DNA of 32,000 bases, taken from positions 401,264-433,263 of the forward strand of contig GG663738.1 in the NCBI GenBank assembly GCA_000151265.1, in the 5' to 3' direction. Position 1 is the first letter of the stretch, and every line of letters begins with the position of its first letter. A program made the position numbers and the translations under genes. This stretch comes from Micromonas pusilla (taxonomy: Eukaryota). A model generated the notes under the pieces. That model was not told the origin of the DNA. It saw nothing but the letters and a program-made list of their open reading frames with translations, and made no database searches. This document shows positions 8,972-16,646 of this stretch, one piece after another.

Positions 8972-11448
8972 ATGGACATCCAGAGCATGATGGACGAGGC
9001 GTCGGAGCGCGAGCGGATGATTTATGCGAAATTCAGGCTCTACGACGTGGACGGCACCGGCACTATCGACGTGGTACGCGCGCGTCCTGGCGCGCTTTCG
9101 ACGGCTCGAGCGGCGTGCCCACGCGCCCGCGACCCGGCGTCGCCGCGTTTGGGTCGACGCGCGCGGCGAGCGTCTCCGTGAGGGACGGGTCCACGTCGGA
9201 CGAATCGGACGTAATTCAATAATCCGAACCCGCCGTTCGCGGCCAAATGGTCTCTTCGCATTATCCGCCAATTTAACGCCCTCCCGCTCTCGTCCCTCCC
9301 AACAGCACGAGATCCAGGAACTCCTGAAGGAACTCCGCGTCGTCGGCGTCGCGAACGACGCGGACAGGTATCTCGTCAAGAAGCTCATGCACGAGCTCGG
9401 CAGGGACGAGGACGGCGTCATCGACTTCGAAGAATTCAAGGTGCGGAGAGCCCATTCTCTTTCCCCGCGGCGCCAACTGGACCAACTCGGGAGAAGAATC
9501 CAAAAATGAATCATCCCCGCCGCCCGCCCGCCCGCCCCGCGCTGACGCGTTACCCCCGCCCCCCCTCCCCCCGCCGCGCCCTCGCCTCGCGCGCGCGCAG
9601 ATGTTCTATAACCAAGCGCTCGATCACTCGTCGAAGCGGAAGTACACCGTGTCCCCGATCAAAGGCAAGGACGTCAAGCAGCTCTCGCCGCGGACGAACG
9701 CCGCGAGAGCCGCGGTGGCGGCGCGGTCGCGCGCGCAGAAAGACGCCGAGGCGCGGCGCCTCGGGGAGGAGAACATGGAGCGTCGGCGACGCATCGAGAT
9801 GGCGAACTCGCGCGGGCGGGACGCGAAGGCGCTGACGCCGGAGATGGAAGCCGGCAGGGCGGCGGTGGCGGCGCAGTCGCGCGCGAAGAAAAACGCCGAA
9901 GCGAGGCGTCTCGCGGAGGAGAACGCGGAGCGTCGCCGGCGGATCGAGATGGCGCGGTCGCACGGGCGGGACGCGAAAGCGCTCACGCCGGAGATGGAGG
10001 CGGGAAGAGCCGCGGTCGCGGCGCGGTCGCAGGCGATGAAGGACGCGGAGGCGCATCGTCTGGCGATGGAAAACGCGGAGAAGGCGCGAAGGATCGCCGA
10101 GGCGAGGGCGCGCGGGCGGGACGCGAAGGCGCTCACGCCGGAGATGGAGGCGGGAAGAGCCGCGGTCGCGGCGCGGTCGCGCGCGCAAAAAGAAGCGGAG
10201 GCGCGGCGCCTCGCGGAGGAGAACGCGGAGAAGGCGCAGCGCATCGCGATGGCGAACTCTCGAGGGCGAGACGCCAAGTCGCTGACGCCGGAGATGGAAG
10301 CAGCGCGGAGCGCCGTCGCCGCGCGGTCGCGCGCGGAGAAAGCGGCGGAGGCGCACAGGCTCGCCGTGGAGAACGCGGAGAAGGCGCAGCGCATCGCGAT
10401 GGCGGGCTCGCACGGGAGGGACGCGAAGGCGCTCACGCCCGAGGTGGAAGCCGCTCGACGCGCCGTCGCGGAGCGAAGCGCGGCGAGGAAGAGCTACCAG
10501 GAACAGAAGATGGCCGAGGAGAACGCGACGTTCCGTCGGCGCCTGCAGGCGCAGGTCGGGAGGGACGAGAAAGGTCTCTCGCCGGAGATTCTCGCCGCGA
10601 GGCAGGCTGTCGCGGAGCGAAGCGCCGCGCAGAAAGAGGCGGCGGAGTTGCGCATGCAGCACGAAAACGGCCAGATCCGCGCGCGTCTGTCGCAGCAACA
10701 CGGGCGAGACGTGAAGTCGCTCTCGGAGGAGACGAACGCCGCGCGGCGCGCGGTCGCGGAGCGCGTCAAAATCGAAAAGTCCCTCGCGCAGGCGAAGATC
10801 GCGGAAGAGAACGCGGCGATGCGGCAGAAGCTCGCGAACGCGTCCGGTCGTGACGCCAAGGCGCTCGGCGAGGAAACGGAAGCGTTGCGCGCCGCGGTGG
10901 AGGAGCGCCGTCTCATGGAGAAACACCTCGCCGCGGCGCGGATGATGGAAGAGAACCAGGAGATGAAACGGCGCCTCGCGGAAGCCGGGTCCAAGGGCAG
11001 AGACGCGAAAGCGCTGAGCGAGGAGACGGAGCACATGCGTCAAGCCGTCGAGCGTCGGCGTCTGCGAGACGCGGAGGCGAAAGCCGCGAAGATGCGCGCG
11101 GAGAACGCGGAGATGAAGCGTCGCATCGCGGAAGCGAGCGAGCACGGCAGGGACGAGAAAGCGCTGAGCGAGGCGACGCTCGCGGCGCGGAGAGCGATCG
11201 CGGAGCAACACGAGGCGGAGCACAACGCCGCGATGGCGAAGCTGCACGAGGAAAATCTCGATTTCGGCGCTCGACTGAGCAACGCGCACGGGAGGGACGA
11301 GAAAGGGTTGGGGCCTGAGACGCTCGCCGCGAGACGCGCGGTCGCCGCGGAGAAGGAGCGCGTGAAGCAGGCGGAGATGCGACGGCTCCACGAGGAGAAC
11401 TCGTACTTATCGCAGCGGCTCAGGGGGACGGGGCAGTATAAGCGCTGA
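8972..11448 (+). CDS. three-exon gene (694 aa): N-terminal EF-hand pair followed by ~12 tandem ~50-aa helical repeats
   Basis: Exons are 8972..9073 (34 codons), 9306..9440 (45 codons) and 9601..11448, all phase 0. Splicing restores a canonical EF loop, DVDGTGTIDV|HEIQELL. It also restores the second EF helix, DGVIDFEEFK|MFYNQAL. Exon 3 consists of GRDAKALTPEMEAGRAAVAARSRAQKEAEARRLAEENAEKAQRIAMANSR-type repeats. Confidence 0.8.
9074..9305 (+). other. spliceosomal intron 1 (232 nt) of the EF-hand gene
   Basis: GTACGC donor immediately after the EF-loop Val codon. An ATTTAAC branch-like site, a C-rich tract and a CAACAG acceptor follow. Confidence 0.7.
9441..9600 (+). other. spliceosomal intron 2 (160 nt) of the EF-hand gene
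   Basis: AAG|GTGCGG donor; CGCTGACGC branch-like site; a long C-rich tract; GCGCAG acceptor directly before 9601. Confidence 0.7.
9655..11430 (+). repeat. in-frame tandem coding repeat, period ~150 bp, ~12 units
   Basis: The units all begin GGNMGRGAYGMGAAR (GRDxK). Units at ~9964 and ~10114 share a ~70-nt almost identical string, gggcgggacgcgaaRgcgctcacgccggagatggaggcgggaagagccgcggtcgcggcgcggtcgc. The 3' units are progressively more diverged. Confidence 0.9.
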
Positions 11449-11628
11449 CGCCGGAGAAAATAGCGCGGCGACGCGACGAGGAGAGAAGGACCCCGACGAC
11501 GCGATTTATTGACGACGACGCGCGCGTACAGGCGCCGTCGACGCGGGCAGTAGCGATCACACGACGGACGACTTTAACGTGTACAGCTGAAGTCGAATTA
11601 TTAATAAATTACAATCCGCCGTCGGTCG

Positions 11629-11892
11629 TCACGACGCGCGCGCCGCGGCGTGGTTGGCGTTGAACCGCCACGCGTTCGAGTGCCTCGCCCAGTACCAGTA
11701 CAACTTATTCCCCCCCGCGCCCGAAGAATCTCGGGACGACGCCCTCTTCGCTCGCGCGCTGCACACCTGGAGCTTCTGCTCCTCGCCCTCGTCGCTATTC
11801 TCCGCGCCTCTCGCGTCCGCGCCTAGCAGCGCGTTTTCATCCGTGGTCATCGCGGTGCCGAAAACGTGTTCTCCCTCCGCCGCCGCGTTCAT
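11629..11892 (-). CDS. small hypothetical protein (87 aa), unassigned
   Basis: This is an internal ATG (11890-11892) of ORF 11629..12159. The product is MNAAAEGEHVFGTAMTTDENALLG...GGNKLYWYWARHSNAWRFNANHAAARAS. Third-position G/C bias resembles neighbouring genes. It fits the gap between the EF-hand gene 3' end and the DnaJ start. No family was recognised. Confidence 0.35.
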   Translation of the reverse strand: MNAAAEGEHVFGTAMTTDENALLGADARGAENSDEGEEQKLQVCSARAKRASSRDSSGAGGNKLYWYWARHSNAWRFNANHAAARAS

Positions 11893-12082
11893 CGTGCGTG
11901 CGTGTGTCGCGCGGGGACGAATGAAATATATTTGACGCCGCGCACGGGCGCGCCTCGTCAGCTTCCAAGAAAAAGCGCGCGTGGCGGGGATTTTATTTCG
12001 AGACAGCCGCTCGTTCGAGGGTTCAGGGAGGGTCAGGTCAGTCCCCGGGGAGCGTTCGTCCGCGTCCGCTCCCGCCGCCGCG
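11893..12082. promoter_or_regulatory. putative bidirectional promoter (small ORF / DnaJ gene)
   Basis: 190 bp lie between divergent ATGs. This is inferred from arrangement only and is contingent on the small ORF being real. Confidence 0.2.
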
Positions 12083-13143
12083 ATGTGGGGCTCCATGTCG
12101 TCCGCGGCGTCGGACGCCTCCGACATCGAGGCCGGGATCTCCGCGGAGGATGAGATCAAGCGCGTGTTAGGTGCGCGTCCGCGCCCGCGCGTGCCTCATC
12201 ATCATCGAACATCATCAGTCACCTCGATCGATCGAAAGGTCGCCTCGTCGAAAGAAATACCGACGCGACGACGGACGTCGCTCGTCGCGCTGACGCCTCC
12301 TCCGCCTCCATCCCCTCCTCGACAGAGTGTCAGAACAACTACTACAAGGTCCTGCGCCTCGACAAGTTGGACGCCGCCGACCGCTCGAACGCGGACGTCA
12401 AGCGAGCGTACTACAAGCTCGCGCGCGTCATACACCCCGACAAGTGCTCGCACCCGTCCGCGTCGGACGCCATGGGCGTGGCCGCGAGCGCGCACTCCAC
12501 CCTGAGCGACTCGACGCGGAGAGCGGCGTACGACTTGTACGCGTCGCAGGTCGACGTCGACGACGCGGGCGCGGAGACGTACGCGCAGTGGGAGAGCAAG
12601 GGTGGCGCGAACTGGAAGCACCTCCCGCCGTGGCTCGTCCGAGGGCTGAACCACCGATGCGTCGGACCGATCCTCAAGTTTTTCCTGCTCATCGCCGCCG
12701 TCGTCGCCGGCGCGCTCGCGCTCGCGCTCGGGATCGCGTACTTCGCGGTTCACATGACGCTGTGGGTCGCGTGCTTCGCCGGGTGCGGCGGGCGCTGCTG
12801 GCCGAGGTACGGCGAGGGGGCGAGGGCGCACGCCCGGCGGATGGAACGGTTCGGACGCGCGAGGATGGCGTGGGAGGCGGAGGCGTCCTACGCGCGCGGC
12901 CGGGGCGAGGATCCGCCGGAGTTTAGCGCGTTCGTTAGCGCGTGGATGGAGAATAATAATCCGGAGGAGGAGGAGGAGGAGGCGGATGGGGGGGAGGAGG
13001 ATGGGGGGGAGGAGAAGGGGTGGAAGAAGAAGACGGGAGGCGGAATACATTCGCCGCCCGGACCCGGAGTAGGGAGTACGAGTAAAAAGCCGCCGCCGGG
13101 GCCGAGGAGGAGCACCACGTACGGCGCGACGACGACGACATAG
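12083..13143 (+). CDS. two-exon membrane-anchored DnaJ/Hsp40 J-protein (DNAJB12/HLJ1-like), 301 aa
   Basis: Exons are 12083..12170 and 12326..13143, with phase 1+2 creating a GAG codon. The joined sequence ..AEDEIKRVL-E-CQNNYYKVLRLDKLDAADRSNADVKRAYYKLARVIHPDKCSHPSASDAMGVAASAHSTLSDSTRRAAYD is a J domain with HPD. Hydrophobic segments follow (ILKFFLLIAAVVAGALALALGIAYFAVHMTLWVACFAG). Confidence 0.8.
12171..12325 (+). other. spliceosomal intron (155 nt) of the DnaJ gene
   Basis: TTAG|GTGCGC donor; CGCTGACGCC branch-like site ~30 nt before a C/T-rich tract and the GACAG acceptor. Confidence 0.7.
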
Positions 13144-13213
13144 TGATTGATGAGTGAACTACTACTGCTAGCTAGACGATCTATCTATCCATCATCACGT
13201 ATCGGAAGTAGCC

Positions 13214-14803
13214 CTACGGGGTACGCGTACACCTATTATCTAATTCCTCGAGCTCCGCGTCGAGGCCGAGGCGCGCGAGCGCCGCGCGAAGGTCCTCCGG
13301 GTCCGGCGTCGTCGATTTTTTTTTTTTGGATCCTCCTCTCGTCTTGAAGTTCGACGTCTCCGACGACGCCCCTCCTGCCACCCACCACGGCTCCAAACCG
13401 TCGCCGCACGTTCGCCGCAACTCCGCGATCGCGTCCGTCGGCGACATCTCCGGTTCATTCCCCTCGACGAAGTACGCGTCCTTCAGCGCCTCCCCCGCGC
13501 TCGGTCGACGCTTCGGATCCAACGACAGCAACCGAAACGCCAACGCGACGCCGGCGCCGTCGTCGACGGTGCCGCCGACCGCGTCCTCCCTCGGCGCCGG
13601 CTCGCGCGGCTTCACCGCGATCTTCCCGTAGTCCGGGAGCTCGAACGCGCCGGGCCATCGATCCTCCGTGGGCGTCCCCAACAGCGTCAACGTCCGCACG
13701 AGCTGGTCGACGTCGCTGTCCCCGGGAAGCATAGGCCCGACCCGCGTGCCGAGGAGCTCGCCGAGGATGGCCCCCGCGGACCAGACGTCCACGCCGGCGT
13801 CGTACCGACGCGCGCCGTACAAAATCTCCGGCGCGCGGTACCACCGCGTCTGTATCGTGTGCGTGTACAGAGGAGCAGCGCCTCGGTGTTTTCGACGAGA
13901 AGAAGAAGGGGAAGAAGATTTTGAAGAAGAATCAGCCGCGGCGGCGGCGTCCGACTCGTCGTCGTTCGAGTCTTCGTCCGAGTCCTCCTCCATAAACCTG
14001 GCGAGTCCGAAGTCCGCGAGCTTCACGCGTCCGTCGGCGCCGATCAGCAGGTTCCCCGGCTTGACGTCGCGGTGCATCACGCGTCTGGAGTGGCACGCGT
14101 CCAACGCGAGGAGGATCTGCCGCGCGACGCTCTTCACGCACGCGACGGAGAGCGGCGAGCGGCGGCGGCGGAGGTCAAGAGACCGCGACGCTCCTCCTGG
14201 GCGGCGGCGGTATTGGTCGTCGTCGTCGTCGTGGTCTTCGTGGTCGTGCGGGAGGAGGATCGCCCCCAGGTCCCCGCCCGGGCACAGCTCCATGACGAGC
14301 GTGACCGCGCGCCCGGACGCGAAGTGATCGAGCAGCCTGACGACGTTGTTCTCACCATCACGCGAGGACTCGGATCCTGACGACGAGACGTGCTGCATCG
14401 TCTTGAGCTCGCGGAGGACGTTGTCCGGGAGGAGCCTGAGTCCTCCCTTGCGAGTCGCGGCGGCGTCTTTTGAACCAGCGAAATCGTCGTCGGAAAGACC
14501 ACCACCTGTTCTACAAACAACTCCTCCATGGACGACGACGCGCTTGAGCGCGACCGCGGCGCCGGTGGGGAGATGGCATCCCGCGTGGACCTCGCCGAAG
14601 GCGCCACCTCCGATGCGGTGGACCGGGGCGTAATGAGAAGAGCGCGATCCTCCTGACGATGAACATGCCGATGGTAACCCCCACCAGGGGACGTGCGCGG
14701 TCGTGCCGAACGCGGGCCGCGTGGAGTCCCCCTGCTCGTCGTCGGAGGAGGAGGAGGAGGACGCGGCGGCGCGTCCCTCTTCTTCCCCGCAGGGCCGCGC
14801 CAT
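13214..14803 (-). CDS. cyclin-dependent-kinase-like Ser/Thr kinase (CDK20/CCRK or plant CDKF-like) with large loop insertions
   Basis: The ORF runs from ATG (14801-14803) to the stop. Kinase motifs present are [46 protein letters not shown] and [65 protein letters not shown] is CDK-like. Confidence 0.85.
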   Translation of the reverse strand: MARPCGEEEGRAAASSSSSSDDEQGDSTRPAFGTTAHVPWWGLPSACSSSGGSRSSHYAPVHRIGGGAFGEVHAGCHLPTGAAVALKRVVVHGGVVCRTGGGLSDDDFAGSKDAAATRKGGLRLLPDNVLRELKTMQHVSSSGSESSRDGENNVVRLLDHFASGRAVTLVMELCPGGDLGAILLPHDHEDHDDDDDQYRRRPGGASRSLDLRRRRSPLSVACVKSVARQILLALDACHSRRVMHRDVKPGNLLIGADGRVKLADFGLARFMEEDSDEDSNDDESDAAAAADSSSKSSSPSSSRRKHRGAAPLYTHTIQTRWYRAPEILYGARRYDAGVDVWSAGAILGELLGTRVGPMLPGDSDVDQLVRTLTLLGTPTEDRWPGAFELPDYGKIAVKPREPAPREDAVGGTVDDGAGVALAFRLLSLDPKRRPSAGEALKDAYFVEGNEPEMSPTDAIAELRRTCGDGLEPWWVAGGASSETSNFKTRGGSKKKKSTTPDPEDLRAALARLGLDAELEELDNRCTRTP

Positions 14804-14924
14804 GCGTTGTGCCGCTGCCGGGACGAGTTGTTGTTTTTAGTTGACTGTAATTATTTCACCGACGAGTCTTAGTAGACCCGCCTGCCTTTCAAAAAAACCT
14901 TTCCTCCGATCAACGGCCCTCGAT

Positions 14925-15297
14925 GGATTTTTTTTTCCAAACTTCGTTCCAAAATGTGGGCACCACCATGCATGCGACTCAAACCACCACCCCATGACCA
15001 TTAAATCTGCTCCGATCGACCTGAAAATTTGTGGAGAGGTGCGTTGGAGAAGAGGGAGGATGATGGCGTTGAAAAATATTGAAAAATATGAAAAGATGCG
15101 CGACAGGAGGATTTTTTTTTCCTGAAAAGTCCCAAAATGGGCAACTCACGCGAAAACCACCACCCCGTGACCATCCAAACTGCTCCGATCGACCTGAAAC
15201 TTTTTGGAGAGGTGCGTTGGAGAGGGAGGAGAATGATGGCGTGGAGGATGATGGCGTGGAGAGAAGGAAAAAAATGAAAAGATGCTCGACGACGGGA
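14925..15297. repeat. tandem duplication, two ~184-bp units, in the 3' flank of tRNA-Lys
   Basis: Unit A is 14925..15108 and unit B is 15109..~15297. Both start GGA-T9-CC. Both contain AAACCACCACCCCRTGACCAT..CTGCTCCGATCGACCTGAAA..TTGGAGAGGTGCGTTGGAGA. They end ATGAAAAGATGCKCGACRRS, and in unit B that end is the tRNA 3' end. Confidence 0.85.
15268..15280 (-). terminator. RNA polymerase III terminator T-runs downstream of tRNA-Lys
   Basis: Immediately after the discriminator base the minus strand reads TCTTTTCATTTTTTTCC. Confidence 0.7.
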
Positions 15298-15403
15298 TCG
15301 AACCGCCGACCACAAGGTGAATTTGTTGGATGGGCCGATAACGACCGCGATCGGCCCTAACGTTAAATAAAAGCCTTGCGCTCTACCACTGAGCTAGCCG
15401 AGC
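15283..15403 (-). tRNA. tRNA-Lys(UUU): tRNA-Lys (anticodon UUU) with a 49-nt intron at the canonical 37/38 position
   Basis: Folded by hand. The acceptor is GCTCGGC/GTCGAGC (one G-U) plus discriminator A. The D arm is GCTC-AGTGGTA-GAGC. The anticodon stem is CAAGG/CCTTG with loop CT-TTT-A[intron]A. The variable loop is TGGTC. The T arm is GGCGG-TTCGATC-CCGTC. Confidence 0.85.
15319..15367 (-). other. tRNA intron (49 nt)
   Basis: It lies between position 37 (A, 15368) and position 38 (A, 15318). It contains an 8-bp hairpin, GGGCCGAT...ATCGGCCC. Confidence 0.75.
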
Positions 15404-15915
15404 CGAGCCTTGAATGGTTTCCTTGGCCGGTCAAGGAAATCTGAGAAATATTAAGTTTATTTTCCTTGATCGCAAGGTCCCTTTGAAAAAAATCGACGAT
15501 CGACTACCGCAAGCACGCTGACCCGGGCCTTCGGTCAAAAACGCGCGTCACGGGCACGTCCGACCGTCTGACTTCGAGGTTCTGTTTTCGCAGGTGTCGT
15601 TCGACGACGCGACGTCGCGCGGGCAGATCTCAACCGCGCCGCGCGACGGACATCGCACGCACTAAACCGTTACGACTTCAAGGTGCGTATCGCCCTCGCC
15701 TTCCCCCTCCGCGCCCGCCCGCCCGCCCGACCGCGCGCGAGCGAAGCGAATAAGCGCGCGCGCGACGGCGCGCGTTTCCTCGGAAAACGCGAAACGCTTT
15801 TTTCTGTCGGGGATGAGATCCGCGATCGAGCGCGCGCGACGTCGTCGCCGACCGACGCCGCGCGCGCGGATACTTACCCTGTGCTTCTCGTCCCCGGTCC
15901 TTCTCGTCCCCGCAG

Positions 15916-16431
15916 ATGTCTGCAGATGCCGCGTCGACCTCGAACCAACGCGGGGGGACGAAAGGGAAGAGAGAACCGAACAACGTCGTGCAGGTGACCG
16001 ACGGCGACGACGACGCGACGACTGTCAAGTTCGAGGCGTTGAAGCGTCGCGTCGTCGGGATCATGGGCGTGGAGGCCGTCAAGCGGGAGAACGAAGACGG
16101 CGGGGTTTTCGAGGCGTGGTTCCAAGGGCGGTGCTTGGGTACATCCGCAGGTGCGACCGACGAAGACCTGTGGTGGGCGATCGACCTGCGCGACGAAGCC
16201 GTGCGCCGATGGACAACTTTTGTGAGTTGTCTCAATTGTGATCGAAATTGGAAATGTTGAGACCCAAACAAAATACGAACAAACTTATATCGAGATGGTT
16301 TGCAGGACAGAAGAATAATACCCCGTGAACCGTCCGAAGGTCGAAGGTCGTCGGCGATCTCATCCACCGCGACACCTTCGCCGCGATCGGCGTTCCGTGC
16401 GGCGGCGGCGGCGACGAAGAGGAAGCGGTGA
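15916..16431 (+). CDS. two-exon hypothetical protein (143 aa); possibly preceded by a 5'-UTR intron
   Basis: Exons are 15916..16221 and 16306..16431 (phase 0). The intron 16222..16305 is GTGAGT...TTTGCAG and is visibly AT-rich against GC-rich flanks. Exon 1 has strong G/C third-position bias. The segment GIMGVEAV..GGVFEAWFQGRCLGTSAGATDEDLWWAIDLRDEAVRRW has only a weak AP2-like pattern, which is unverified. Confidence 0.45.
16222..16305 (+). other. spliceosomal intron (84 nt, AT-rich)
   Basis: TTT|GTGAGT consensus donor and TTTGCAG acceptor. An internal 7-bp inverted repeat GTCTCAA..TTGAGAC is present. Confidence 0.55.
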
Positions 16432-16519
16432 TGAGAGGTAGCCCTAAAAAAAGCTCCCGGGGAGGGACGCGGCGGCGGCGGCGGCGGCGGCGGCGGCGTG
16501 AAAAGAAAGTCGAATTGCA

Positions 16520-16601
16520 TGTAGTTTTTCTACTCACCGGGCTCGTCGCGCGCTCGATCGGGCTCATCACGTCTCTCTCAGGTTTCTTCAGTCCTCCCTC
16601 G
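16520..16601. repeat. direct repeat copy 1 (partner at 18158..18233)
   Basis: The 30-nt exact core ccgggctcgtcgcgcgctcgatcgggctca (16537..16566) is identical to 18175..18204. The flanking ..ctctcagg..ttcagtcctccctcg is also shared. Confidence 0.9.
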
Positions 16602-16646
16602 GGTACTTCGCCTCGGGTACTTTCTCCCGCGGGTACTTCGCCTCCT

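Noticed and set aside
9550-11391. 613-aa minus-strand ORF and other-frame ORFs across the repeat array
   Set aside because: They are repeat-propagated shadow frames (LRR.R-rich). Only the plus frame continues the spliced EF-hand and shows conserved repeat structure.
9655-11430. Regularly spaced repeats considered as a CRISPR-like array
   Set aside because: The units are 150 bp and contiguous, with no unique spacers. They are in frame and translate into a conserved protein repeat. The context is eukaryotic.
14841-15360. 93-104-aa ORFs over the tRNA flank repeats
   Set aside because: They lie in duplicated, AT-richer non-coding repeat units and overlap the tRNA. They show no coding bias.
2077-16305. 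Introns as copies of a mobile 'introner' element
   Set aside because: By eye the six introns share only generic features (GTGCG/GTGAG donors, CTGAC/CTAAC branch sites, C-rich tracts). I saw no extended similarity or terminal repeats. A proper all-vs-all alignment is still needed.
15678-16520. 280-aa minus-strand ORF, plus a minus-strand AG|GTAAGT-like string at ~15868..15882
   Set aside because: The translation is poly-Pro/Ser/Arg with no coding character. The GTAAGT complement coincides with the plus-strand branch-site and polypyrimidine region preceding the 15916 ATG.
16528-16570. Repeat copy 1 as a genuine minus-strand exon (it ends ..ATSP followed by GTGAGT)
   Set aside because: The minus frame downstream is poly-Arg/Pro junk, and I found no acceptor leading to a coding exon. 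The GTGAGT aligns to GGTGATGAAG of the parental copy, so it is probably a mutated remnant. It stays open as an RNA-seq check in the findings.
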